From positions 1 to 32,789 of the IMG/VR virus record IMGVR_UViG_3300011334_000360: a stretch of DNA of 32,789 nt; one strand, 5' to 3'. Shown one piece after another: positions 22,489 through 32,789 of this stretch. How positions within the stretch are numbered: the stretch's first letter is position 1; every line of letters starts with the position of its first letter. The notes beneath the pieces were generated by a model, which saw only the letters and a program-made list of their open reading frames with translations, did no database searches and had not been told where the DNA came from. The stretch comes from a virus (Duplodnaviria; Caudoviricetes). Position numbers and translations under genes: made by a program.

Positions 22489-22631
22489 TTCATCTTTCGC
22501 TTGATTTTTTGCTCTTGCTTCAGCATCTCTTTTGTTGGTTTTTTACCAGAGCCTTTAGCATCGCGGATGTTATCCCACATTCCCCGCTGAGAGCGAGAGC
22601 CGTCTGCACGTTTGATTAGTTTCTTCTTCAT
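22485..22631 (-). CDS. small Lys-rich protein (not in ORF track)
   Basis: MKKKLIKRADGSRSQRGMWDNIRDAKGSGKKPTKEMLKQEQKIKRKMK; coupled on both sides. Confidence 0.65.
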   Translation of the reverse strand: MKKKLIKRADGSRSQRGMWDNIRDAKGSGKKPTKEMLKQEQKIKRKMK

Positions 22632-22912
22632 TACTTAATGACCCTTCGAACAGAAGATGATTGCGTTCCTCTAGATTTTAAAAGCTGGGATCGCGAGGGA
22701 GATGAAGGTCCTTGCACCTGTGAAACTGGTCTAATTGCAGGATATTTCATATCAGTAAGGTAACCTTCATATTTTACTTTTGAATTTTTCGTAGCTGCTT
22801 CAGCTTGGGTATCTGCTTTTTTTCTTAAAGCCTTCTCCTGCTCCATTATTTTCATTCCAGTTATATAAGCTGGATTCTTCGTGATATCGTATTCTTTTCT
22901 TTTTGCTGGCAT
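22631..22912 (-). CDS. basic hypothetical protein
   Basis: 93-aa ORF downstream of the portal. Confidence 0.65.
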   Translation of the reverse strand: MPAKRKEYDITKNPAYITGMKIMEQEKALRKKADTQAEAATKNSKVKYEGYLTDMKYPAIRPVSQVQGPSSPSRSQLLKSRGTQSSSVRRVIK

Positions 22913-22948
22913 ATTTTTATTGAGTTGATTGTTTGTTGTTGTTTGAAA

Positions 22949-25015
22949 TTACTGTTCCATTCCTTGTGTTGTTACGCCACCCATTTCAGCGGGTGCTGTT
23001 CCGATACGTCCAATCTCAGCGTTCTGAGCCTGTTGTAGCTGGAATTGGTACTGGCTGGCATATTTCTGCAAGCGAGCAGCAAAAGCCTCGTCTTGCTGCG
23101 CTCTAGCCGCAACATCGGGTTGTTGGACGTATGCCTGAACCATCTGCATGGCAATTTGCGCTCCGTTTGGTTGTGCAGGAACTTCGATGCCAGAGAAGAT
23201 CTTGGAAAGGTCATCGGTGACGTTCTTAGCAATCTTCTGTTGCGCTTCCTCCACTGGTTGCAGGACGTAGTCAGCAAAGATTGGATTGATAGAAGATGCA
23301 GCGAACTCAAGTAGTTTGTTTACATCGAGGATGCCATTGCGATCCAACTGGACAAGAGATACCATATTCTTCAACTGAGTCTCTGCTGTTTCTGGATCAC
23401 TTGCCAAGGAGTCAAACGATACCATGATCGAATAGTTCTCATCTGGACTACCCTTGGTCATTACTTGGGGATTGGGATTCCCTGTAACTTGGAAGAAGAT
23501 TTCATCAGGACCCATACGCTGATACAGCTTCCATGCCATTGTCAGAACGTCTTTAACGTGGTCAAGAAACTTACCAATAAAGAATTGCTGGAGAGCAGCA
23601 GAAAGAGGATTTGTAAGATCTAACCCAACAGCACGATCCGCTTGTCCACGCATTGACATTTCACTCTCTACAGAGCCGTCATCTCGCGGAGGAATTGGAC
23701 CGAATGCAATTTCACCTAGTCGGCGATATGGCACTCTGCGTCCAGGACCCCAATCTGATGGAGGGCGACCAGCAGGGTGCATAATCGGAGGCAATGTTGC
23801 CAAAGACGCACGGTCGATACGACTGTCACGCTCGGTCTTGATTTGCATCTGTGGACCACGGAGAATGTCAGAGAATGTCTGAACTTCATACATCCGCTTT
23901 TGGTTGTTAGCAAGACAAGTCACCACGAATGGATAGTCATCGTAACCGTTGAGAAGTTCATGCTTGGCATAGCCGTCTGTTTGCGGATGGAACACAGTGC
24001 AGTAAATACCCTCAGAACCATCATCCTCGTCGATTAGACGCTGATACGCATAGACCACCATAACAAGATCGTTGTCATCGGTGATTGGCAAGCGAGTCTG
24101 AGTCTTTACTTTCTCGCCATCGAGATACATGGAGTCTTTACCACGAAGGGTTTCGATAGCGTTATCTACCCATTTACGATCCCATCCTTCGTTCGTCACC
24201 TTCTTCTCAAGCTCTTGAGCCGTGAGGAATGTTCGCCAGAACATGTATGGTGCGCGTTGTGGATCTGAGATGTAAGATGGATACACTACCTCGCCATCGG
24301 GAGCGCAAGCATAGACTATAGGACAGTCAACAGTTTGGCGTGATAGAGGAATTTCAGCAACACCCATCTTGCGTAGGTCTTTAATTGCTTTCTTCGCGCG
24401 CTTAGTAGAAAGGTCAGGGAATGAGTCTTGAATCAATTCAAGCAACATCTCGTCATCTTGCTCACTGAGAATTAACTCCACAAGATCAGGCGATGCTTGT
24501 TGGATTTGCTCTAGGCTAACGCTCTGGAGATATGTGCGCTTCTCGCGATTCCAACCAACGTAGGTAACCATGATGCCCTTCTCCATGAGATAGTTACCAC
24601 CAAGCTCCATTTGACGCTTGAAGTCAGGAATGTAGGATGCTCGCATCCATTTCAGGAAGCCAGAAACCACCGCTGCTTTTGGCATTGCTGCCATAGACGT
24701 TGGGAACGCTTTGATGTGAGAGCGAGATAACGCTTGGTCAAACAACGCAACATACATGTCGATGCGCTCACCAACTACGTTTACTTCTTGGTCGGATGCT
24801 CCTTGCCATGGAAAAGCATTAGCTCCGTTCTTGCGTAGGTCATCCGACTTGCCATCCCAGATGTTTCTACGGTCGTTGTAAGAGCGTAGGCAGGATTCAA
24901 AGTAATAATCCAGATCAACCAAGCAGGTGTCGTAAGCATTGGATAACGCACCAATATCAGGCTTCTTGTCTAAATAAACAAGGGACTCGTCTTCAATTTG
25001 TTGAATGTCATTCAT
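22949..25015 (-). CDS. portal protein
   Basis: 688 aa after TerL; FPWQGASD, YPFV, Gln-rich C-terminus ending QNAEIGRIG. Confidence 0.88.
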   Translation of the reverse strand: MNDIQQIEDESLVYLDKKPDIGALSNAYDTCLVDLDYYFESCLRSYNDRRNIWDGKSDDLRKNGANAFPWQGASDQEVNVVGERIDMYVALFDQALSRSHIKAFPTSMAAMPKAAVVSGFLKWMRASYIPDFKRQMELGGNYLMEKGIMVTYVGWNREKRTYLQSVSLEQIQQASPDLVELILSEQDDEMLLELIQDSFPDLSTKRAKKAIKDLRKMGVAEIPLSRQTVDCPIVYACAPDGEVVYPSYISDPQRAPYMFWRTFLTAQELEKKVTNEGWDRKWVDNAIETLRGKDSMYLDGEKVKTQTRLPITDDNDLVMVVYAYQRLIDEDDGSEGIYCTVFHPQTDGYAKHELLNGYDDYPFVVTCLANNQKRMYEVQTFSDILRGPQMQIKTERDSRIDRASLATLPPIMHPAGRPPSDWGPGRRVPYRRLGEIAFGPIPPRDDGSVESEMSMRGQADRAVGLDLTNPLSAALQQFFIGKFLDHVKDVLTMAWKLYQRMGPDEIFFQVTGNPNPQVMTKGSPDENYSIMVSFDSLASDPETAETQLKNMVSLVQLDRNGILDVNKLLEFAASSINPIFADYVLQPVEEAQQKIAKNVTDDLSKIFSGIEVPAQPNGAQIAMQMVQAYVQQPDVAARAQQDEAFAARLQKYASQYQFQLQQAQNAEIGRIGTAPAEMGGVTTQGMEQ

Positions 25016-25272
25016 GCTGTATATTGGTAGTAATCCTCAGGCTCGGAATTGACGAGAATAACATTAACTTGCTTTCCTAGCAAGCCTTTTGATATTTGAG
25101 CGGGACATTTTACGTTGACGCTAAATCCGTCAATACGCGCTTTTAGCCATGTCGGGTTATTGCAGATTCCTACAATCAACGCTTTCAATGGCGACTCTTG
25201 TATGTCTTGCACAATTTCTTCAACAACCTTAGCTGGTCGTCCTCGTTTCTTTGCTTCTTTTTTTGTATTCAT
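25012..25272 (-). CDS. hypothetical protein with KKRGRPAK (AT-hook-like) motif
   Basis: ATG 25272 (MNTKKEAKKRGRPAK); between TerL and portal. Confidence 0.7.
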   Translation of the reverse strand: MNTKKEAKKRGRPAKVVEEIVQDIQESPLKALIVGICNNPTWLKARIDGFSVNVKCPAQISKGLLGKQVNVILVNSEPEDYYQYTA

Positions 25273-25273
25273 A

Positions 25274-26875
25274 TTAGTAACCTCCACCTCCTTGGATTGT
25301 GGCTAAACTGACGGAACTGTCAACATGATCTATTCCTGAGATTGCAGCATAGCGTAAAACATCTATAGGATCTTTCCAAGCTTCCTTTAATCCGCCATCT
25401 CCCGTGTATTCTGACAATGCTTGAATAATGTTCTCGCAATCGGAACTGATGTAGAAATGTGGACGGTTTATTGCATCCAGCGGCTTGGATGTGTCCCATG
25501 CCATTTTGCCAATCAATGCTTGTAACCCGTCATCAATATCAAGACCTGGGGCTGGAATGCAAACCATGCCAGCATCGTTCAAATCTTCGATAATCGAGGA
25601 TGAACCATCTTGCACCTGATACTTTGCAGCACCAAGTCGCGGGTCGATCAATCGCTCAAAGATTTCTTCTTCGCCCTCTAGTTCTTCGATAAGCTCAACA
25701 TAGTCGCGAATACCGTAGCCTTGTCCTTTCGCTCCCTCTCCAGGCATCCACTTGCCACCGCGCCACTCAGCCCAGTCACCAACATCGACTCCAGGCCATT
25801 CACGATAAACCCACATCGTTCCAGTCTCATCCACTGCAATCCAGCACATGAACCAGTTTTTAGAGCCAGCGGGGTCGATAACGTGATACTTGGTGATGTT
25901 GTTTCTAGGAATCTTGTCTGGATCTACCACGTTCACGATCTTGTTGAATTTTGGTAACTTGGTAGCGGCAGCCTTGGTTGGGATTCCGTATGCCCTAATT
26001 AAGATTTCCTCTCTAGTTTTTCCAACAAGCGTTTGCTTAATGCGTTCATATCCACCAAAAGGATTATCTTGCGAGTGAAAGTAATGAATTGTTCCCTTGA
26101 TGTTCTTACATTCAAGTATTGTCGGAACAATTTCACCACCAAGCAACTCAGCTTCTCTGCTTTCAAGAACTTTTGCTCCATCAAGATACTGCTTGATTAA
26201 CTCCGTATATCCAAAGATTGGAGTAAACGTTAGCATCATCTTGCTATTTCTTGTCGCCAACCTAAACCTAAGTGTATCAACTAGCTCTGGACCTCCAAGC
26301 ATCTCATCACACCATGCACCAATGTTAAGCCATGTTGCCTCCTTGGAACCAAGTTCTGCACCTTCTAGGATGGTCTGGTTGTTTGCAAATGCAGCATACG
26401 TCTTGAATGAAATCCTTGATCCATTCGGGAGAATCAACGAGTTATCAGTCCATCCGTTTTTTCTAGAGTAAGACAGATAGGTATTCTGACTTGTCTGCTT
26501 GCTCTTAAACTCAGCTGGCATCCAATCATACACGGCGGCTTGCTGCTGTCTAATAGATACTTCGGCATTCTGAGCAAAGCAGAATATGTCAGAGTTTGGA
26601 TTTTCGATAGCGGCTTTTACTACAAAATAAGCACCAACCTGCGTTTTCGATGATCTATTTCCACCACTGATAAGTGCCTCGTTTCTAGTCTCAAGACACT
26701 TTTCAAGCTTTCTCCAATTCTCAAATTTCCATCCATATCTAAATGGATCTTTTATGGAATTGCGAATAGCTTCCTCGCGGATTTGATGAACCTCCATCAA
26801 TTCCTCTGCGGTCATTTCAGTAATTTCCTCATCCGTGGGGATAGGAAGAACTGGATGTTCAGTCCATTTTAACAT
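25274..26875 (-). CDS. terL: terminase large subunit
   Basis: Walker A SGGNRSSKT, Walker B AWCDE, TFTP coupling motif, nuclease IDPAG...KDPIDVLRY. Confidence 0.93.
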   Translation of the reverse strand: MLKWTEHPVLPIPTDEEITEMTAEELMEVHQIREEAIRNSIKDPFRYGWKFENWRKLEKCLETRNEALISGGNRSSKTQVGAYFVVKAAIENPNSDIFCFAQNAEVSIRQQQAAVYDWMPAEFKSKQTSQNTYLSYSRKNGWTDNSLILPNGSRISFKTYAAFANNQTILEGAELGSKEATWLNIGAWCDEMLGGPELVDTLRFRLATRNSKMMLTFTPIFGYTELIKQYLDGAKVLESREAELLGGEIVPTILECKNIKGTIHYFHSQDNPFGGYERIKQTLVGKTREEILIRAYGIPTKAAATKLPKFNKIVNVVDPDKIPRNNITKYHVIDPAGSKNWFMCWIAVDETGTMWVYREWPGVDVGDWAEWRGGKWMPGEGAKGQGYGIRDYVELIEELEGEEEIFERLIDPRLGAAKYQVQDGSSSIIEDLNDAGMVCIPAPGLDIDDGLQALIGKMAWDTSKPLDAINRPHFYISSDCENIIQALSEYTGDGGLKEAWKDPIDVLRYAAISGIDHVDSSVSLATIQGGGGY

Positions 26876-27387
26876 TTTGCAAACTCCCCCCTAAATTGTT
26901 GAGCTTTTTCCATATAAGCACTTGCGGCTTCTTCTTTTGTTTTGAATCGCCCAATATTTACGCTTTTTCTATCAATAGTTATTTGCGCTCTCCATCTTCT
27001 TGTAGCTTTACAAAAAGTAACTCCCTTAATGCCAGAAGTGTTATTTTTGTTTTTCCCTCGATTAAACATGTTTTCAGACCTGCTTGCAATTCTAATATTT
27101 GCAATCCTATTGTCCGACTTGTTTTCGTTAATGTGGTCAATGTCGCCACAGGGAAAACTTCCGTGGCAAAACGCCCAAGCTAATCTGTGCGCGTAGTATT
27201 GTAATCCATTAATCCAAATTGATGTATATCCACGCCAATTTGTGTTTCCTGCAACACCACCAATATTGTTTGTTTTGGTTTTCACCTTCCAAACAAAAAT
27301 TCCAGTTTCGGGGTTGTAATCCAAATATTTGAATATATTATTGACATCAAGCAATTCTTCTGACTTATTTTTTTCAGCACTTTTCAT
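26869..27387 (-). CDS. HNH homing endonuclease with AP2 DNA-binding domain
   Basis: YNPETGIFVW, AHRLAW, IDHINENKSDNRIANIR, NTSGIKGV...WRAQI...GRFKTKEEAASAY; AT-rich. Confidence 0.93.
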   Translation of the reverse strand: MKSAEKNKSEELLDVNNIFKYLDYNPETGIFVWKVKTKTNNIGGVAGNTNWRGYTSIWINGLQYYAHRLAWAFCHGSFPCGDIDHINENKSDNRIANIRIASRSENMFNRGKNKNNTSGIKGVTFCKATRRWRAQITIDRKSVNIGRFKTKEEAASAYMEKAQQFRGEFAKC

Positions 27388-27410
27388 ACTTATTTATGTA
27401 TTGTGTTAAA

Positions 27411-27441
27411 GCGTTAACTAGACCACACATCTAGTTGACGC
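27411..27441 (-). promoter_or_regulatory. hairpin upstream of the HNH gene
   Basis: - strand GCGTCAACTAGA-TGTGTGG-TCTAGTTAACGC-TTT. Confidence 0.5.
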
Positions 27442-27451
27442 TTGTTTTTTA

Positions 27452-28033
27452 TCAAGATTCTTTAGTTACGTCAACAAATTCAATGTCAATTACTTTTTCT
27501 TTTATTTTGTTTGCAATTCTAGCTTTTGCTTCAGAGATCATTTTTGCAGCGTCATCAATACTCGCGCCTTTGCGATGCTCTACCACGGTCGTTGCCATAC
27601 CGGTAAGCTGTGCTGCTTTGTCTGTGAGAATGCCAACGGTGATTGCCAGCTTCTCAGGGGAGATTTTAGCAAGGCTATCAGGGTCGTCAAATAGCTGACC
27701 AGCACGTTCAAACAATAGATCAGTGTATTCCTGCGCTGCGATAGCGTAACGCATGGAGAACTCCTTACGTTTTGTCTCTAGGGTATCGTTATGCCGCCAT
27801 TCTAGTTGACGAATAGTCTCCCTGCCAACTCCAGTTTTCTTGGATATTTCGGTAATCTTGGCTCCTTGAGATAAGAGAAACAATGCTAATGCAGCCTTAT
27901 GCGGAGCGTAATGTTCTATGTTGTTCCGTGGCAGCAACTTAGCACGTTCTCTTACCTCAAGAAACCACTCGCTCTTGTCGGGACGATCATCGTAGTAATT
28001 GTCTTTCAGTTTTTGGAGTTGTTCTTCATTCAT
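27452..28033 (-). CDS. putative terminase small subunit
   Basis: HTH (AKITEISKKTGVGRETIRQL) plus LAITVGILTDKAAQLTGMAT...EH; upstream of TerL. Confidence 0.7.
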   Translation of the reverse strand: MNEEQLQKLKDNYYDDRPDKSEWFLEVRERAKLLPRNNIEHYAPHKAALALFLLSQGAKITEISKKTGVGRETIRQLEWRHNDTLETKRKEFSMRYAIAAQEYTDLLFERAGQLFDDPDSLAKISPEKLAITVGILTDKAAQLTGMATTVVEHRKGASIDDAAKMISEAKARIANKIKEKVIDIEFVDVTKES

Positions 28034-28051
28034 GGCGAATGGGATCGAATA

Positions 28052-31000
28052 TTACTTTGACCCAGAATTCAAGTTTTGTTTTCGTTGAAGGTCAAATTTT
28101 TGATTTAATCTATCAAATTCAGGATTGTAATTTGCACTTTGTTTTTCCTCAAGTTGTTTTGCGTCAAATTGTTTTGCCATGTTAATCAACTCAGCAGAAA
28201 ACTCTGGATCGCTGGATGCTTGGTGAGCTAGTGCTGTCGCCCCAGTTCTACTCAAGAACATCTGCTTTGCCATTTGGTTGTATGCGTCATTAGCCTTGCC
28301 AGGAATAGCCGTCTTAGCAAGAGCCGATTTAATCATGTTGCTATTAACGCCAGATGAAAGCATTGCAGTAAGAAATCTATTTCTGGTTGAATCAGCCATT
28401 TTTTGAAGTGAAACGATTACTGTTCCACCTTGTGGGCTTCCAATCATCCTAAAGGTAGATCCTGTCTTTGCAACATCAGCAATAGCGTTTGCTTCGGCTG
28501 TCGCAGCCAAGTCATAAAGGAAATCAGCTTCTTCCTTGCCAAGCACGATTTGTAGCTTTTTGGCAAATGTAGTCACATTACCGCTAGATGGTCGATAATC
28601 GTTCATGAATCTTTTTGTGTCAAAAATCGCCTCAAAAGGAGTGTTGGCATTTGGATTTCCACCTGAATAAGCATCAAGAAGTTCTCGCCTGAAATCCCCT
28701 TTATAAAGATTTCTCGACTCCAGTGACGATTTGCTTAATTGAAGCATTGCGTTTTTAGTATCTTCAATAATGCTTGACGGAGACAATATTGATTTTGAAA
28801 GAGCATCTGCATAAATGTTTTTGAAGTCTCCTTGTTTTGCAAGATCAAATATCTTTTGATTCACTAATACTGCATCGTCTTTTTCTGCCTGAATTCTTTT
28901 AGCGATTGTTTTTGCTAGAGATTTTCTTTCAACTTCAGAAAGAGGTTTGCCCATTTTTTGCAAATCATCCATTGTCAGCTTGCTTGAACCAAGATCGCCA
29001 ATGTTTTTTAGGTTATTATTCAAATCAGAAATTGCTCTTAATTGAGCATCTGCTTGTCCTCCAAAAAGAGTTCTTACTATATTCTCATCTGCCTTGATAC
29101 TTCTTGCTCCTTTTCCACGCAAACTTGGCTTAATGCCGATTTTATTCATGTATTCCAACTGGAGTAATCCAAGAATTTTATTAGTTTGCCCAGCTTTAGT
29201 TGGTTCGGCAACTTCAAGTTCACGCAAAGATTGAACAACCTTTTTAATTGTTTCTGGTTCACGCATTACTGCGGCTACAATAGCTCTTGGATTTGTGCTT
29301 TGTTCGCCCCCAGCCTCCTTCAATATACCACCAAGAAGATTGTTATTGTATTTTTGACGAGTTTCAACCTCATCTGCATATTTACTAAAAAGATCTCCAA
29401 CATTTACATCTTGTCCATTAGGAAGTTTTGTATCAATGGAGTTGAAAACATTTCTACGATAACGGGACAAACCTGATGCAATCTTATTAGCGAATACGTC
29501 TCGACTTTTCCCACTAGATGCATTATCAGATTTTGCTTCTTGGAAATTTTTTATAAACTCATCAAAGTCTTCTGATCTTAATGGTCTAGATAATAATGTA
29601 AGATCATCAATCTCTTTACGCAAATCCTGAGGAATATTTAAATTCTGTTGATTTAATATTGCTGCTTTTGCCTCTGCTGCCTTAAGAAGCTCTGGAGCAT
29701 CTCTCCGTATTCTCAATCGACTAATTACGCCTTCAGCGGCAGATCTATTAGCTGCTCCAGATGGATCTGCTTGTCTGCTTATTGCAAAAACTTGATCCAG
29801 CATTTCTTCTGGAGTTACGCTGAATCCAGCATTATCAGCTAAATCAAAAATTTGTTTGCGTGCTGTTTTGACGTTTTCTATTGCTTGTGTTCTAGCATCT
29901 TTAATAGAACTAAATAATATTTTGCCAAGTTCATCTGTATCACTTAACGCGCCTCTTGTCTGACGATCTAACGCTCCCTCAATAAGTCTAGCATTTCGTC
30001 CAGTTGCCGATGCAATTTGTTGAGCTAAAGCTTTTTGTTGCTCCTCTTTCTGCAATGCAATATCTGCATAATTATTTGGATTTGCTGGAATGTTTGATCT
30101 CCAGTCATCAGATAGTCGTAACAATGTTTCTTGAGTTTTGCGAGCAGACGATGCAATATTGGATGTGGGATATATTCCAGCAAGTTCAGATTGAGCCTCT
30201 AATCCTACTGGACCAGCCAACTTGGCTGCAAAGGGAACATTTACCTCTCCTGCTGCTCGACGTTGCTTAGCTGCTAACCTCTGCTCTCTAACCATCAAGT
30301 TTTCTGCTGACCTCTCAAGGTTTTGGGCAAATCTATTAACAAACTCGTCGCCTATTCTTGCCGCTGCAAATCGTGGAACAGCAACATCAGTAATACCACC
30401 CATGCCAGCACTGATTACAGCTTGAGTTCCCCGTCTTGCAATTGTTCCGCCAATATCAGGCTTAAGACCATAAGCGTATCTTAATCCTTCATCCATAAGC
30501 GCACCTGTTGCTGCACCAGCGGCAGAAGATAGCCCTACTGCTGCCACTGGGCTTTTTGTTACACCAAGTGTTCCTAGGAATGTCCCAATCTCTACTGCTG
30601 TTGATGGGATTTCAGCGGCTACTCCTGCAAGTTCTGCTGCTCCTTTGTTTAGAGTTGTCTTTACACTGCCATCAGGTTGGGTAATGAAGAACTCAGTATT
30701 ACCAGCAACATTTAATGGTCTTACGTTTCCTTCTCCAAAGTAATTTGTCAGAAGTTGAGCTTTACTTGTTGGATCGTAAAGCGTTTCTAATTGTGCCATT
30801 AGCGAAGTAGGTAGCTTTTCAGCTTCTTTTCCTTTACTAGGAGGTAAGCTTAAATACTGCCCAGCAATATCGCGTTTTTTTTCTATTTGCTGCTCAACAG
30901 ATGGTTGTTGTGTGTCATATACTGGTGGATTTGCACCAACACCAGGCATTCCATACATTGCCATGTAGTTAGCTGTCGGGCTAACTATTGGAGCGCGAAG

Positions 31001-31270
31001 TTCTTTGCCAAGTGCTTGAATCCTTTCTAGATTAGGTTTTTCTTCCTTCTCTTTAAGCGAGTCATATTGAGATTGTCTTCGATTTAACAAATCAGTTAAT
31101 TTAACTGCCTTGTCAGCAATTTGATTAGCTAATTCAGTATTGCCAGTTTTTTTCGCTTCAGCAAGTTGAGAAATGGCTTCTTTGCGAGACGCAAATATGC
31201 TTTTGATATCATCATAAGCAATAGATATCTCTTTAGATAAGTCAATATTTGATGATTGTTTTTCACTCAT
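28052..31270 (-). CDS. large helical virion/DNA-ejection (internal) protein
   Basis: 1072 aa, Ala/Lys/Gln-rich, with a Gly/Ala hydrophobic stretch (AAVGLSSAAGAATGAL); function inferred. Confidence 0.6.
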   Translation of the reverse strand: MSEKQSSNIDLSKEISIAYDDIKSIFASRKEAISQLAEAKKTGNTELANQIADKAVKLTDLLNRRQSQYDSLKEKEEKPNLERIQALGKELRAPIVSPTANYMAMYGMPGVGANPPVYDTQQPSVEQQIEKKRDIAGQYLSLPPSKGKEAEKLPTSLMAQLETLYDPTSKAQLLTNYFGEGNVRPLNVAGNTEFFITQPDGSVKTTLNKGAAELAGVAAEIPSTAVEIGTFLGTLGVTKSPVAAVGLSSAAGAATGALMDEGLRYAYGLKPDIGGTIARRGTQAVISAGMGGITDVAVPRFAAARIGDEFVNRFAQNLERSAENLMVREQRLAAKQRRAAGEVNVPFAAKLAGPVGLEAQSELAGIYPTSNIASSARKTQETLLRLSDDWRSNIPANPNNYADIALQKEEQQKALAQQIASATGRNARLIEGALDRQTRGALSDTDELGKILFSSIKDARTQAIENVKTARKQIFDLADNAGFSVTPEEMLDQVFAISRQADPSGAANRSAAEGVISRLRIRRDAPELLKAAEAKAAILNQQNLNIPQDLRKEIDDLTLLSRPLRSEDFDEFIKNFQEAKSDNASSGKSRDVFANKIASGLSRYRRNVFNSIDTKLPNGQDVNVGDLFSKYADEVETRQKYNNNLLGGILKEAGGEQSTNPRAIVAAVMREPETIKKVVQSLRELEVAEPTKAGQTNKILGLLQLEYMNKIGIKPSLRGKGARSIKADENIVRTLFGGQADAQLRAISDLNNNLKNIGDLGSSKLTMDDLQKMGKPLSEVERKSLAKTIAKRIQAEKDDAVLVNQKIFDLAKQGDFKNIYADALSKSILSPSSIIEDTKNAMLQLSKSSLESRNLYKGDFRRELLDAYSGGNPNANTPFEAIFDTKRFMNDYRPSSGNVTTFAKKLQIVLGKEEADFLYDLAATAEANAIADVAKTGSTFRMIGSPQGGTVIVSLQKMADSTRNRFLTAMLSSGVNSNMIKSALAKTAIPGKANDAYNQMAKQMFLSRTGATALAHQASSDPEFSAELINMAKQFDAKQLEEKQSANYNPEFDRLNQKFDLQRKQNLNSGSK

Positions 31271-31274
31271 TTAA

Positions 31275-32789
31275 TTATTTTTTAGTTCTGAATTCATCAA
31301 TTAGCTGTTGCTCTGCTGGTGTTAATCCCATAGCTTCGCTTGGAGTAGCTGTTGGCGTAGTTCTTGATTTAATTTCACCTTGTTCATCCAAATACTCAGC
31401 AGGTGCATTAGCCATAGCTTGGCTAAATTGCGATTGAGTAATTTCACCTTTATCTAGCTTAGATTTAAGCACTCGTTCTGATCCATAAATAAGATCATGT
31501 TGGAGATTCTTTAATCTAACCAATTCACGCTTAAACGCTGCTGGACTTTGAGCATTTCTAAGGGCTGTTACAGAAGATCGTAAAACAGCCATGTCTTTAT
31601 CGGATACATTGCCAAGTGCTGCACCAGTAGGGTTATTCGCCCTCATTTCCTGAATACCAGAAAGCGTAAGCATTGAATTAACTCGATCGATAATGTCTTT
31701 GGTTTCAGCTTGTTGAGTTGCAGGAATCTGTTCAGCAACCATACGACCAGCCGCGCCAAGAACTCCAGGAGCCATTGACTGTGAAGCTTTTTCAAGCAAA
31801 TTAAGGTCTTGCATAAGCCCCATAGCTTTATCAATTTTGGCATCTTCTGCTTTTTGTGCTTGAGCTGCTTTTCCGCCAAGCGAAATATCACGTTTTGTTA
31901 CAGTTCCATCAGAATTAAAAATTATTTCTTCTCCTTTTTGTGGAGCTAGAGATTGGATATCAGTAACAAAGATTTGACCATTTTCTGCTGGAGTGCCACT
32001 TATTTTGTATCCTTGTTGAATTAGCTTACTAACTTCTTCTGGAGACATAACTTGTCCTTGTTTTTCATCAGCTTCTACTGGAATTGCATACGAAGGAACT
32101 GATGTATTTGGTTGCGATCCTTCAAATGGAAGCAATGTAGGAACTTGACTTTCTACTCCAGTATTAAGTGGTGGCAGCAAACTTGTATCGTTAGTATAAA
32201 GATTGTCAGTAGGAAGCTCTAATGCGTTAGCGATTGCATTAGATTTACCTTGAAGTCCACCTGTCGCCTGAGGAATAGGTAAGCTTGCGGCAGAAGCAAT
32301 TCCTGATGCTGTCGCAGAAGTTCCAAAAACTGTTCCATCGGGTCTTGTTCTTGTTCCTGTTGCTGGGTCGAAAACAACTGGCACCTTGTATTGTTTGCCA
32401 TTTATTGTTTCAATAATCTCACCTTGTTGGAGATTTACATTTCTTTCTCCTGTAGTGTTCCTTGCTTCCATTGCAGCTTTCTCAATCAGCATAGCCTGAT
32501 TCTTATCAAATCGACCAAAAACGTTAGGAATCATCGCCTTGCCCTCATCCAGCAATGCAGCTTTCTCAACAGGACTAAGGTTAGGGTTATTATATGATTC
32601 TAGGAATGGATTTAGCGTTTCTTCCACTCCTTTAATCTGATACGATTTACCTAGGGTGATCGCAGCTTCAATAGACTTGGCAGACGCTTTGTTGTAAGCG
32701 TCAACTTTCTTCTGCTCTTTTTTGACATCACCGTAGTTCTGAATAGCACCTCCGATGCTCTGCCCAAGGCTAGCTAAACCCTGTGCTTG
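31275..32789 (-). CDS. putative ejection/internal virion protein, 5' end outside the window
   Basis: frame stays open from 32627 to the window edge (QAQGLASLGQSIGGAIQNYG...); TGAALGNVSDKDM motif. Confidence 0.65.
   Translation of the reverse strand, partial: QAQGLASLGQSIGGAIQNYGDVKKEQKKVDAYNKASAKSIEAAITLGKSYQIKGVEETLNPFLESYNNPNLSPVEKAALLDEGKAMIPNVFGRFDKNQAMLIEKAAMEARNTTGERNVNLQQGEIIETINGKQYKVPVVFDPATGTRTRPDGTVFGTSATASGIASAASLPIPQATGGLQGKSNAIANALELPTDNLYTNDTSLLPPLNTGVESQVPTLLPFEGSQPNTSVPSYAIPVEADEKQGQVMSPEEVSKLIQQGYKISGTPAENGQIFVTDIQSLAPQKGEEIIFNSDGTVTKRDISLGGKAAQAQKAEDAKIDKAMGLMQDLNLLEKASQSMAPGVLGAAGRMVAEQIPATQQAETKDIIDRVNSMLTLSGIQEMRANNPTGAALGNVSDKDMAVLRSSVTALRNAQSPAAFKRELVRLKNLQHDLIYGSERVLKSKLDKGEITQSQFSQAMANAPAEYLDEQGEIKSRTTPTATPSEAMGLTPAEQQLIDEFRTKK

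Overview
A 32.8-kb portion of a dsDNA tailed phage with podovirus-like organisation; no integrase, DNA polymerase, replicative helicase or tRNA is visible. The left part (about 0.7-13.3 kb, mostly + strand) holds many small early/middle genes: an acidic first gene, a pentapeptide-repeat protein, a DnaA C-terminal-like HTH, ERF recombinase plus RecE-like exonuclease, two SSB-like proteins, a RusA-like resolvase, MazG-like proteins and a DnaC/IstB-like ATPase. The right part (- strand) holds two large putative ejection proteins, TerS, an HNH-AP2 endonuclease, TerL, portal, scaffold, major capsid, fibre, holin-like proteins, CHAP endolysin and a metallophosphoesterase. The most striking content is non-coding. 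(1) Two canonical type I hammerhead ribozymes (1064-1114, 2326-2373) sit at gene junctions of the early transcript. (2) Two covarying copies of an unrecognised three-way-junction RNA motif (5623-5666 +, 7218-7262 -) each have their own promoter and terminator. (3) Two promoter-proximal leaders have a terminator loop perfectly complementary over 9 nt to their own 5' end (6995-7096 -, 20328-20435 +), and each precedes an 'inverted' accessory operon. (4) At least four single-gene cassettes are bracketed by 26-59 bp direct repeats of gene-junction sequence. Protein calls rest on motif recognition and synteny only; no database search was run.
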